A stretch of 64,000 bases of DNA from a virus (taxonomy: Duplodnaviria > Caudoviricetes), in the IMG/VR virus record IMGVR_UViG_3300031867_000001, positions 32,001 to 96,000 of that record. One strand, given 5' to 3'. A program made the position numbers and the translations under genes. Below the pieces are notes generated by a model. The model was not told the origin of the DNA. It did no database searches and saw only the letters and a list, made by a program, of their open reading frames with translations. How positions within the stretch are numbered: position 1 is the stretch's first letter; the number at the start of each line of letters is the position of its first letter. Positions 15,174 through 24,724 of the stretch are shown one piece after another.

Positions 15174-16382
15174 ATGTCTGAAATTTCTAAAATAAATATT
15201 CCAGATCAATCAAGTCAAACTGGTACAGCAACCTATGATATTAAAGATTCAAATGCTCGAACAAGAATCGTTGACTCTGGTACGAAAAATAAATTAATGA
15301 TATCCGAAAGTATCTTAATCAACTATCCAAGCGGTAGAACGGTGAATGGAGTTACGTTCACTATCAATTCGGATGACCAAACAATTAGTGTTACTGGACA
15401 AATTACTGATAACACACAAGATGCAACTTTTACATTTGGAACGTGTGATACTGTATTGGGTGATTTGTTGTATGAAGGGTTTGAAACTGCTAATTCATTG
15501 GCGTACATTGAAACCACCACTGGCAATACAAAGTTGAATGTAAATCCAGTTGAACCGATTTCATCAAGTGATATTGGAACTGGTAAGCAGTTCAGAATCG
15601 TAATCGATAAAGGATATGTTGGTGAAATTGATCTTACATTCAAGCCGATGGTTTGTTCATCTGAAGATTTTGAAGTAAGTGACGAATATGTTCCATATGC
15701 AAAATCCAATTATGAATTAACAAAGAACTGTGGTGAGAGAGTTTTCGGCAAAACATTCTCAGATAACACAATCGGTGGAAGATATGCTGAGATATTTAAT
15801 GATTATTCTACCAATAAAGCGTCTGGTACTTGGTCTCATGCCGAAGGATCTGGTACAACAGCGTCTGGTTCGATGTCACATGCTGAAGGAGTTCGTACAA
15901 GAGCATCTGGTTACTATTCTCATGCTGAAGGATCGTGGACAACAGCGTCTGGTGACTGGTCTCATGCCGAAGGATATTATACAAGAGCATCTGGTGACGA
16001 GTCCCATACCGAAGGATCGCGGACAACAGCGTCTGGTCAATGTTCTCATGCTGAAGGATATTATACAACTGCGTCTGGTCCATGTTCACATGCTGAAGGA
16101 AATAGTACAACAGCATCTGGTGACGAGTCCCATGCTGAAGGAAATGGTACAACAGCTGCATCACGATATCAGCATGTCCAAGGAAAATATAATGTTGCAG
16201 ATTCATCAAGCACATATGCCTTCATAATTGGTAATGGTACCTCATCCAGTGCCCGCCACAACGCTTTTGCTATTGATTGGAATGGCTTGATTTACGTAAA
16301 CGGCGCAACAACCGGTGTAGATGTAGCTGCCTTAGCAGCTACAATCGGAGATATTAATACAGTATTGGAGAGTGTTTTATAA
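15174..16382 (+). CDS. Tail fibre/adhesin-like protein with YadA-head-like 14-aa repeats
   Basis: Eight SHAEGxxTxASG-type repeats (42-bp period); IIGNGT...RHNAF motif. Confidence 0.75.
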   Translation: MSEISKINIPDQSSQTGTATYDIKDSNARTRIVDSGTKNKLMISESILINYPSGRTVNGVTFTINSDDQTISVTGQITDNTQDATFTFGTCDTVLGDLLYEGFETANSLAYIETTTGNTKLNVNPVEPISSSDIGTGKQFRIVIDKGYVGEIDLTFKPMVCSSEDFEVSDEYVPYAKSNYELTKNCGERVFGKTFSDNTIGGRYAEIFNDYSTNKASGTWSHAEGSGTTASGSMSHAEGVRTRASGYYSHAEGSWTTASGDWSHAEGYYTRASGDESHTEGSRTTASGQCSHAEGYYTTASGPCSHAEGNSTTASGDESHAEGNGTTAASRYQHVQGKYNVADSSSTYAFIIGNGTSSSARHNAFAIDWNGLIYVNGATTGVDVAALAATIGDINTVLESVL

Positions 16383-16544
16383 TGGTAGAAATTATGCTGG
16401 ACCATTCAATTTGATTCTAAACTCGGCCGATAGTTATTATAGATCCTATGGTGCACGTATAACTTACGTTCCACAAACAAAGCGTTCATAATAAATATTG
16501 TATACATGGGGGCATTTGCCCCCAATGTATATATTTTTTATTAT

Positions 16545-17324
16545 TTATTCTGAAGATGATGGTAAGTATATCTTTGCTCGAATATTACTAATTTGAAAAT
16601 TACTCACTTTGGCATAGACACTATAGGTTCTATAACTACGAGATCCACACACAGAAACTATATTGCTATTGATCCCAACATCAAACGCATAATGCTGTTG
16701 GATTGCCGTAGTATTGTTATATGGTCCACTCTCGCTAAAAATACTCCTACCAAAAACGCTGCAGGAAAAAGATGCGGATGTCCCATACGAGCCATACAGC
16801 TGTATACCATCGGCTGGACAGTATACATCAAATTCTAACGACAATACAGGTTTATTTGTCGAACCAGTTATAGTTGAAAAATAGGATGCCATTTGTGAAT
16901 TTAGTATATGCTTACCGGTAATACCGAGAAAATCTTGGACGTATGCTGATACATCCAAAGAACTTTTGTAACTATAACTCGGACTACTGTAAGATGCACT
17001 GGAATATTTCGTTGCTGAAAAACTGAAAGTGATGGAATTCGGCGTTAATGTACCGGAGCCAACGTTATATGTATTTGAGTATGTTTTACCACCTGAATAA
17101 TATGAAAATGTTTCATTGATATCAAAACTCGTATCAGTATCACACAAAACAACTGGCCATTCTGTTACCACACTACCACTCGGAATTGTTAATATATCAT
17201 TTGCAAATTCTTCCAATCCATGTGATTCTTCAACCCCCCCACCCATTTGTATAATGGCATTCTTGATATCTGTCTTTGCGGTAATTAATCTTTGAAGATT
17301 ATCCGCGATTGTATTATTAGGCAT
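16545..17324 (-). CDS. Hypothetical Ser/Tyr-rich protein, tail-fibre-like N-terminus
   Basis: TIADNLQRLITAKTDIKNAI N-terminus. Confidence 0.6.
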   Translation of the reverse strand: MPNNTIADNLQRLITAKTDIKNAIIQMGGGVEESHGLEEFANDILTIPSGSVVTEWPVVLCDTDTSFDINETFSYYSGGKTYSNTYNVGSGTLTPNSITFSFSATKYSSASYSSPSYSYKSSLDVSAYVQDFLGITGKHILNSQMASYFSTITGSTNKPVLSLEFDVYCPADGIQLYGSYGTSASFSCSVFGRSIFSESGPYNNTTAIQQHYAFDVGINSNIVSVCGSRSYRTYSVYAKVSNFQISNIRAKIYLPSSSE

Positions 17325-17425
17325 ACACATCATCCTTTCGTGTATAGAAATTTTTACATGACCGTTTATATAATATTTTTGACCAAATATACTATTAAAT
17401 ACAAAAATGCACATTTAGTATACAT

Positions 17426-17516
17426 CCGGACGTGGCAGAGTGGTTTAATGCAGATGTCTTGAAAACATCCGTACGTGATGAGCGTACCAGAGGTTCGAAA
17501 CCTCTCGTCCGGGCCA
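17426..17516 (+). tRNA. tRNA-Ser(TGA)
   Basis: Cloverleaf with long variable arm, loop CTTGAAA, G73, CCA. Confidence 0.92.
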
Positions 17517-17613
17517 TAGGCTCCAAACACATTTCTTTTTCCCAAAGGGTTTATCAAGTGGGAGGTTCTTCATCTCATTCTCCTTCCACTTGATATACCG
17601 ACCTTCTTTACAT

Positions 17614-17700
17614 GCATCCGTGGCAGAATTGGCATATGCAATGGACTTAAAATCCATCGCCCTATTGGGATTGAGGGTTCAACTCCCTTCGGATGCACCA
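17614..17700 (+). tRNA. tRNA-Leu(TAA)
   Basis: Cloverleaf with variable arm, loop CTTAAAA, CCA. Confidence 0.92.
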
Positions 17701-17822
17701 TAGGAGAGTTCTTCAAAGAGTTCAGCATACTCCTCAGAGGAAACCTCTCTGCAATAATCACTTTCCCTAATGCTTCGTATGGTACTGAACGACTCCACAT
17801 TGTTCCAGCAAATGTGGCAGTG

Positions 17823-18517
17823 ACCATACCTAATGGATTCGTAACGCGTAATCATAAAGGATTACATTTCGAATGATCCAAGTATGAATCGGCGCTGGTA
17901 CTGGAATGCCAGACACCAATGTTACTTCGCGACAATTTCTGGACTGAATAAGATCGCAGAGTTGAAAACGCTTGCAGGTAATACAGTCGAAGGGAAGCAT
18001 CTTCCAGATATACATGTATGGAATAGGCGGTTGATCACGCAACATGTTGTCTGGGTGACCTTAGGTGGGGTGACAAGATGCAAACAAAGTCCTGGGCAGT
18101 GGTGATTCGCTGTTGCATTGTGTGACGACATAACCAGATAGAGTCATCGCCCAGGCAAACTATTTATGGTTCGCAAAAGTTCACTCCTTTTGAAAACCTC
18201 CTTATATCATATTAACATAAGAACACAGGCTTGTGTTAATAACTGACCTGATCCACAGGAGATTGATCACCGCGATGCATCATTGATCATCTCTGAGGAT
18301 AATTCACACATAAGCAAACCGCGGAGCTTATGAGCCAATCAACCCGGAACATTGAGGGTCCGAACGTGGAAGGTCATGTGCAATCATCTTGTCAATTGAG
18401 GTACCGATTGTACGGATGTAGTGTCGTAGAGGGGTTGGGCACGCGCACACCTCCAATGGAACCGTTCTGTTATATGAATATACGTTTGGTATATCTCGAA
18501 CAGGACGGGACCTACTG
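17823..18517 (+). ncRNA. Candidate large structured ncRNA(s) within the tRNA cluster
   Basis: ~700 nt without a credible RBS-led ORF, higher GC, many helices; ACCATA at 17823 can pair with TATGGT ending at 18170. Confidence 0.4.
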
Positions 18518-18533
18518 AGGTAAATTGAGATAT

Positions 18534-18610
18534 GGTCCAGTAGCACAAGTGGTAAATGCTCGTATCTCATAAATACAAGACAGAGGGTTCAAACCCCTCC
18601 TGGACCACCA
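18534..18610 (+). tRNA. tRNA with CAT anticodon (elongator Met or Ile2)
   Basis: Acceptor GGTCCAG/CTGGACC, loop CTCATAA, CCA. Confidence 0.85.
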
Positions 18611-18644
18611 AGGTTATTTGGCATTTGTGCATTTAAATATAGAT

Positions 18645-18721
18645 TGTGGTGTAGCCAAGAGGCTTAAGGCAACGGACTTTGACTCCGTCATTCGAGGTTT
18701 CGAATACCTCCACCACAACCA
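18645..18721 (+). tRNA. tRNA-Gln(TTG)
   Basis: Acceptor TGTGGTG/CACCACA, loop CTTTGAC, CCA. Confidence 0.88.
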
Positions 18722-18854
18722 TCGATCACTGGACATAGTGGTCATCTCTAACTTCCTATGGTATGAATATTTGGTGGGGGCTTATGCCCCCGCCGGTTCA
18801 TACTGTCGGTTTACGATTTTATAATTTTCTCTTAATCAAAAGGAGGGTTATAAA

Positions 18855-19139
18855 ATGATTGTACATACACGCGGTGCTGAATTTACACAAGAAGAAATTC
18901 AAGCATATGTAAAACATTTGAACGAAGAATATCCGAATTGTGAAGTTGTTGAATTAAGTTTACAGGTAGATGAAAACGATCCAACATTTGTAAACATGTC
19001 ATATGAGTTGAAAAATAAACCAACAACAAATGTCGGATTTGATCGTATTCGTCGAATCACGGGCTATTTAGTTACTATGACAAGAGCCAATGATGCAAAG
19101 ACCGAAGAAATACATGACAGAGTAAAGCACAACACGTGA
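18855..19139 (+). CDS. Small protein ending in an NrdD-type C-terminal glycyl-radical motif
   Basis: FDRIRRITGYLV...NDAKTEEIHDRVKH; only 94 aa. Confidence 0.75.
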   Translation: MIVHTRGAEFTQEEIQAYVKHLNEEYPNCEVVELSLQVDENDPTFVNMSYELKNKPTTNVGFDRIRRITGYLVTMTRANDAKTEEIHDRVKHNT

Positions 19140-19185
19140 TAATTTAAATTACAGGCACACAGGTTGGTAAAATTGATATTAGGAG

Positions 19186-19974
19186 TTGATCCTCATGTAT
19201 GAAATGATGCCAAATGAATGCCTGGAATTTAGAAAAATCAAATCGCTTGATAATAAATATGAGATAAATGAGAATGGAACAATTCTCAGAAATTGTGATA
19301 CAAAATTCAATATTAAAATAAATATTGATAGACACCATTCAAAGGCTGGATATTATGCTGGTTTTATATGTTTTCATGGTAAAATTAAACGTTTAATGAT
19401 GCATAAACTTGTTGCCGAATGTTGGCTTGGTGAAAAACCCGAAGGGATGGAAATCGATCATAAAGATCGTAATAGTTTAAATAATCATTATACAAATCTT
19501 AGATATGTGACTCATAGTGAGCAGATGAAAAACCGAGTATTGTCTGATAAAGTGATTGAACAAGCAAAGTTGAACTGTAAACATTGGGTTGATCAAATAT
19601 CTAAAGAAATCGATATAATAACTCCCGATGGTGAATGGTTAAGCTTTGTATCACATACCGCTTGTTCAAAATATCTCGAGAAAGTATTGAATATTGATTC
19701 AGAAAAAATTAGATCGAATATTTTGAAAAAACGTAAGACTGATTATTTTGGATATAGATTCGTGTATAATGATGAAACAACTGATGTATTATTTATAATA
19801 ACGAATATTAATACGCGAGAGTTGTTTGTAACTGATCAAATTTATATCGCATCTCATTATATTTCTACATTATCACATATTAAATTTGATGACATTTTTA
19901 ATGATATAAAATGTCATAAAGAAACAATAGCATCCACATTCAATATCGTATATTGTGGACATTTAGGGTGGTGA
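19186..19974 (+). CDS. HNH homing endonuclease
   Basis: HKLVAECWL...EIDHKDRNSLNNHYTNLRYVTHSEQ. Confidence 0.88.
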   Translation: MILMYEMMPNECLEFRKIKSLDNKYEINENGTILRNCDTKFNIKINIDRHHSKAGYYAGFICFHGKIKRLMMHKLVAECWLGEKPEGMEIDHKDRNSLNNHYTNLRYVTHSEQMKNRVLSDKVIEQAKLNCKHWVDQISKEIDIITPDGEWLSFVSHTACSKYLEKVLNIDSEKIRSNILKKRKTDYFGYRFVYNDETTDVLFIITNINTRELFVTDQIYIASHYISTLSHIKFDDIFNDIKCHKETIASTFNIVYCGHLGW

Positions 19975-19980
19975 ATGATT

Positions 19981-20076
19981 ATGACTGACACTTATTTGGT
20001 CGGAACGATGAATAGATGGAATAATGCAAAAACAGCAGAAGAACATGATCGTGTAAAACACAACATTGTCGAATGA
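19981..20076 (+). pseudogene. Displaced duplicate of the 3' end of the NrdD-tail gene
   Basis: YLVGTMNRWNNAKTAEEHDRVKHN vs upstream YLV-TMTRANDAKTEEIHDRVKHN. Confidence 0.7.
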
Positions 20077-20103
20077 TTATATGATAGAAAGAAGGGTTAA
20101 AAG

Positions 20104-23100
20104 ATGCCAACAACTGATGGAAGAATTTCAAAAATCAAATTGCCCAATGGTAAAGTGTATGATGTTGGTAGTGGCGGTAGTGGCACTGTCGATTCAACAT
20201 GGGTTACTGGATCTACCAATCCGGTTGAATCACAATTGATTCAAAATACAAAACCTGGTTTGATTAACACATCAACACATGGTGAGGCATTTGGTAATAA
20301 TACCACTGGAAATGCTACAGGATCATATTCCCACATTGAAGGAAATGGAACACAAGCAACTGGTGAAAATTCACATGCAGAGGGTATGAGTACAGTTGCA
20401 GGTGGTGCAGAAGGACATGTTGAAGGTTACTTGTCCCATGCAGATGGAGAAGACTCTCATGCAGAAGGTTGGCATGCATATGCCAATGCCAAAGCTTCTC
20501 ATGCACAAAACTATTATACGATTGCTGGATCGGATTATCAAACCGCACTGGGTAAGTATAATGTAGAAGATACCAATGGTACATATGCAGTCATTATTGG
20601 TAATGGTACTGGTGATAATGCTCGGTCAAATGCACTTGCGATTGGTTGGGATGGTAGAATTTATACCGGTAATTCAAACGTTGGTTATACCATCAATGAA
20701 TTAAAAACAATGATTGATTCAAAACCGGATAGGAATGAAAATTGGGGATTCCTGTATAATGACAATTCAACATGGTCGAATGGTCCATGGTATAAGATTG
20801 CAGATACATCCATTACAGCAACACATACGGATACGAATATTGTATTGCGTTTTCAACGTGCTTGGAACCATACTGGAATCTCGTATGGAACGTTGGTTGT
20901 TCATGCACGTACCAATCAAAACGATACGGGTATTTCATCAATCCAAGCAACATGGAGAGATGCCGGTGCAAATCTTCCATATGATCAATGTGTTGTTACA
21001 TACACATCAAATACATCCGGTGGATCGACAATTCAAATTTGGGCAAAGTTGCAAGTTCGTTACGATGCATATTGTTATGAGAAGGAAGTTGATGATTCAC
21101 GTCAATCCATGACTGACAACTGGACATTGTATTCGTATAAGAATACGGATGGTGAAACATCACTTCCAACAACTCAAACGGTTTTACAACCGTCATTTGG
21201 TCAACAAGCACTCAATCAGTTGACATTCTATTATGACAATTTTTCAACAGCAACTTCGTCAAGTCGATATCAAAAAATTACATTTGCAACAGTGAATGTT
21301 GAAGATTCTTCTATGACATCGGATAAAATCATTTACATTCCGAAAGAAAATGGTACATTGGCATTGGTATCCGATGTTGAGGATGCAACTACTGTCAATT
21401 CTGTCAGTGGAACAAATGGATCAGTTCGATTTGATTATGTTGAAAATTCTAAACATAAAATCGGAATTGATGATGGTCTACAATATAATCAAACAACTGG
21501 AACCGCATCCGTTGAAGGTGTATCCCAATTGGTTCTCGGTAATTCAACGCAGAGTGGTACAGCTGGTAATAAAACCGGTTCATTGAAGATTTATAACGCT
21601 GGCGGTAGATGTGGAACCATCGACCACGATTCTAACGTCAAAAATACAATTGTTCATCTTCCGGCGGAGAGTGGTACATTGGCATTACAATCCGAAGTAT
21701 CCACTGTTGATACTGCCGCAAAAGGTTATGCTAATTCAGCAAAAGCGGATGCGAAAGCATATACCGATTCGGAAATCGGTACATTGGAAGGTGAATATGG
21801 TACAACATGGAATGATAGATCCGATTGGGCGTCCGCACCGTGGTATCCAATCGCAACCCTCGATGTTACCACGACATATACCAATGTAACTCTTGCATTA
21901 CACATTCAACGCGGTAATGGTGCTTCACAAAAGTCCGTCGGAACATTTGTTGTTACGGCGCGTGTTAATGAATCATTTACTAATATTACATCATTCAATA
22001 GTGTGTGGGCAAACGTTGAAGATGGATTACTTTCTGATGATACATACTATAAAGTCAGAGCAACATGTACCAAGTACGATAATAAAGCAAGTTTTGCAGT
22101 GTGGTTAAAACTTTCTACAAGATATGATTCATTCTCATACAGAAAGATTCGTGGTGCTTATCGAAATTCAACGAGTGACAATGGATTTGATCCAGATTGT
22201 TGGGTAATAAATTCTTGGAAAAATGTAAATGGTTATTCATTATATCATACCGGTGATGATGTCATCCAATGTGTTCCGTCATTTGGTGACACTGCTAAAT
22301 CATCTTTGTCGTTCATGTATAACGATACATCAAGTTATGAACAAGGAACTGCTTCAAATCCAGTATATATCAATCACGGTTCGGTTAAATTGTCAACAGA
22401 TGATGTTAGTGGAACGCATACAGATTATACAATCAAACTTCCGAAAAAGAATGGTACAATTGCATTATTAAGTGATATACCAACAATTCCACCAATTCCA
22501 ACGGATTATGTTCCATTGGGTGGTACCGCAAGCAATTCTCCTGTAACTGGTAAGATTGAATTTACGGGTAATGCATCCTATCTGTTGTTTGATACGAACA
22601 ACACGGGTATTCGATTTGTTGATTCTTCCGATGATCAATTTTCTGGTGTGGCTTGGAATGGTGCTAACTTCTGGGTTGGTGCACGTGCTGGATCACAACC
22701 AACACATGCCGGTAAAACGTATATCTCCACAGGTTGGGATACAACGAATAATGAGGGTTATAATACAATTGCGATTTCCATTCCACGTTCAAAAGACGGT
22801 TCAACGAGTGCGGTTTCACGTTATGTAATCCATACTGGTGATAATACATTTAATGCAGAAGATACACTTGATGAGAATAAAGAAATTAAGTTGAACAACA
22901 GCAGTTATTCACGAGACATTCGATTCCGTGCAACTAACAGTCATGCTGATTTGTGGTTTGGTGCATTTGGATCATCAAATGATGGTGGTGGTATTTATAA
23001 CATCGCTGGTGGTGGCTTTGTACTGAAATCTTCAACGGCATCTGGTTCATTGGTGAATACGTTCTATGGTAATGCAAGCTCTGCAACTGCAATTGCGATG

Positions 23101-24069
23101 AATCAGATGCAATCAACATCTAAAGCGACTCGATATTTGACTCTAACACCAAACTTATCTGGAGATGCTACTAATCAATATGCAAGTAACGGTTTGTGGA
23201 CTGAATCAACATACGGTTCCACATCTGCTGTTGGTTACACATATCTTCACCTCGGTAACACCACGGCTAATGGCACTGCTGGAAACAATCGCGGTTTCTT
23301 GTATTTACATGGTCCTGGTGCTAACTATGCAACGTTACAATATGATGGAACATCCAATATAGGATTGTCTCTACCAGAATCCGGAGGAACACTTGCATTG
23401 AAGAGTGAAATTAAAATCACAAACTCTACTGTTTCGACGAGTGGTAGTGGTAATGCAATTACTTCACTTTCAATCTCAAGTGGACAGATTGTTGCAACCA
23501 AGGGTTCAACGTTTATGGCCGCCTCGGGTAATACATCTATGTCAAATACTTTTGAACCACAATCGAACTATGGTGCAAACCTCGGTAGTTCCAGTTATAG
23601 ATTCAACAATCTATATGTCAGATATATCAACGGTGATGCACCAACATCATCTGTTACATCTGGATCAACTGCATTGGTTACGAGTGGTGGTGTTTACAGT
23701 TTCTTGGAACCAACAGTTGTTACCCCCACAAAAGCAGCCGGTTGTACTGGTAGCTTGAAACATTTGATTTATTATTATCCCGCATTGAATTTGGTAGTTG
23801 GTAGAATACATGCGAGCATTCAGGCGTTAAGTGCTAATAAAAATACAGCAATTTTCAACTTACCATCGACATACAAACCAAATTCAAACAGCACTCCAGT
23901 ATACATTTCACATAATAAAGGATCCACGGGTCTTAGAGGATGGATCTCTTCAAATGCATCATCAGGATATGTTGCAATGTCTGTTAATACACAAACTGCA
24001 CTTGCTACTGGTGATATTGACGTTGCATTCTCATATGTTCCAAATACTGCATTGTCTGTTATATCTTAA
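20104..24069 (+). CDS. Long tail fibre / receptor-binding protein
   Basis: SHAEG repeats, repeated LP..xGTLAL linkers, internal duplicated W..PWY.IA domain, S/T/G-rich. Confidence 0.75.
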   Translation: MPTTDGRISKIKLPNGKVYDVGSGGSGTVDSTWVTGSTNPVESQLIQNTKPGLINTSTHGEAFGNNTTGNATGSYSHIEGNGTQATGENSHAEGMSTVAGGAEGHVEGYLSHADGEDSHAEGWHAYANAKASHAQNYYTIAGSDYQTALGKYNVEDTNGTYAVIIGNGTGDNARSNALAIGWDGRIYTGNSNVGYTINELKTMIDSKPDRNENWGFLYNDNSTWSNGPWYKIADTSITATHTDTNIVLRFQRAWNHTGISYGTLVVHARTNQNDTGISSIQATWRDAGANLPYDQCVVTYTSNTSGGSTIQIWAKLQVRYDAYCYEKEVDDSRQSMTDNWTLYSYKNTDGETSLPTTQTVLQPSFGQQALNQLTFYYDNFSTATSSSRYQKITFATVNVEDSSMTSDKIIYIPKENGTLALVSDVEDATTVNSVSGTNGSVRFDYVENSKHKIGIDDGLQYNQTTGTASVEGVSQLVLGNSTQSGTAGNKTGSLKIYNAGGRCGTIDHDSNVKNTIVHLPAESGTLALQSEVSTVDTAAKGYANSAKADAKAYTDSEIGTLEGEYGTTWNDRSDWASAPWYPIATLDVTTTYTNVTLALHIQRGNGASQKSVGTFVVTARVNESFTNITSFNSVWANVEDGLLSDDTYYKVRATCTKYDNKASFAVWLKLSTRYDSFSYRKIRGAYRNSTSDNGFDPDCWVINSWKNVNGYSLYHTGDDVIQCVPSFGDTAKSSLSFMYNDTSSYEQGTASNPVYINHGSVKLSTDDVSGTHTDYTIKLPKKNGTIALLSDIPTIPPIPTDYVPLGGTASNSPVTGKIEFTGNASYLLFDTNNTGIRFVDSSDDQFSGVAWNGANFWVGARAGSQPTHAGKTYISTGWDTTNNEGYNTIAISIPRSKDGSTSAVSRYVIHTGDNTFNAEDTLDENKEIKLNNSSYSRDIRFRATNSHADLWFGAFGSSNDGGGIYNIAGGGFVLKSSTASGSLVNTFYGNASSATAIAMNQMQSTSKATRYLTLTPNLSGDATNQYASNGLWTESTYGSTSAVGYTYLHLGNTTANGTAGNNRGFLYLHGPGANYATLQYDGTSNIGLSLPESGGTLALKSEIKITNSTVSTSGSGNAITSLSISSGQIVATKGSTFMAASGNTSMSNTFEPQSNYGANLGSSSYRFNNLYVRYINGDAPTSSVTSGSTALVTSGGVYSFLEPTVVTPTKAAGCTGSLKHLIYYYPALNLVVGRIHASIQALSANKNTAIFNLPSTYKPNSNSTPVYISHNKGSTGLRGWISSNASSGYVAMSVNTQTALATGDIDVAFSYVPNTALSVIS

Positions 24070-24165
24070 TAATGATAAGCCCCCATTGTGGGGGCTTATT
24101 GTTTAATACTCATGAGTTTCACGTAAAATTAACTACCGAGTTCACAAGTGAGGTGATACATTACA

Positions 24166-24711
24166 ATGGCAAATATTTCCAAAGCCAAAGAAATATACAA
24201 ATCAACTCCGGGTAAGATTAATCCCAATAAACCATTTGTTCCGATACGTGGTTTATATGTGGCTGGATTATACCGTCCACCATACTGGATTGATTCGGTT
24301 TTGAATGTTGTTAAATTGGCAACAACATCTGCTGCAGATGTTGCATATTATACCGAAGCAGATACCGAAACACATGCTTCGACAATGAATATGATTCAAT
24401 TTGATGTTGATTTATCATATATGGATGTCACACGATATTCAACCGCCAGTGGTGATATTCATACAAAGAATGCATGCATGAATATGATTCAATTTGAAAT
24501 CGATATGTCGGATTTACAAGTCGTTCGATATTATACTGATGAATCTTCGACATATCCCGAAAAGACATGTATGAAGATGATTCAATTTGAAATCGATATG
24601 AACGCAACAGATATCGTTCATATATCACAAAGATTAAATACACAACCACCGGGCTTACCCCAGTTGAATGTGAAACAAATTGGAATCACAACATCTGCAG
24701 TTATTTCATAA
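24166..24711 (+). CDS. Hypothetical virion-associated protein, paralogue A1
   Basis: Near-identical N- and C-termini to 28017-28556; three internal MxMIQF repeats. Confidence 0.75.
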   Translation: MANISKAKEIYKSTPGKINPNKPFVPIRGLYVAGLYRPPYWIDSVLNVVKLATTSAADVAYYTEADTETHASTMNMIQFDVDLSYMDVTRYSTASGDIHTKNACMNMIQFEIDMSDLQVVRYYTDESSTYPEKTCMKMIQFEIDMNATDIVHISQRLNTQPPGLPQLNVKQIGITTSAVIS

Positions 24712-24724
24712 TAAAGAAAGATAG

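Noticed and set aside
15820-16160. DGR variable/template repeat or CRISPR-like 42-bp repeat
   Set aside because: These are in-frame 14-aa adhesin repeats; variation is not adenine-specific and there is no reverse transcriptase in the window.
18210-18520. RNase P RNA or group II intron 3' end
   Set aside because: GAGGATAATTC and AGAACACAGGCTT only loosely resemble P4 strands, are in the wrong order and do not pair; no convincing domain V was found.
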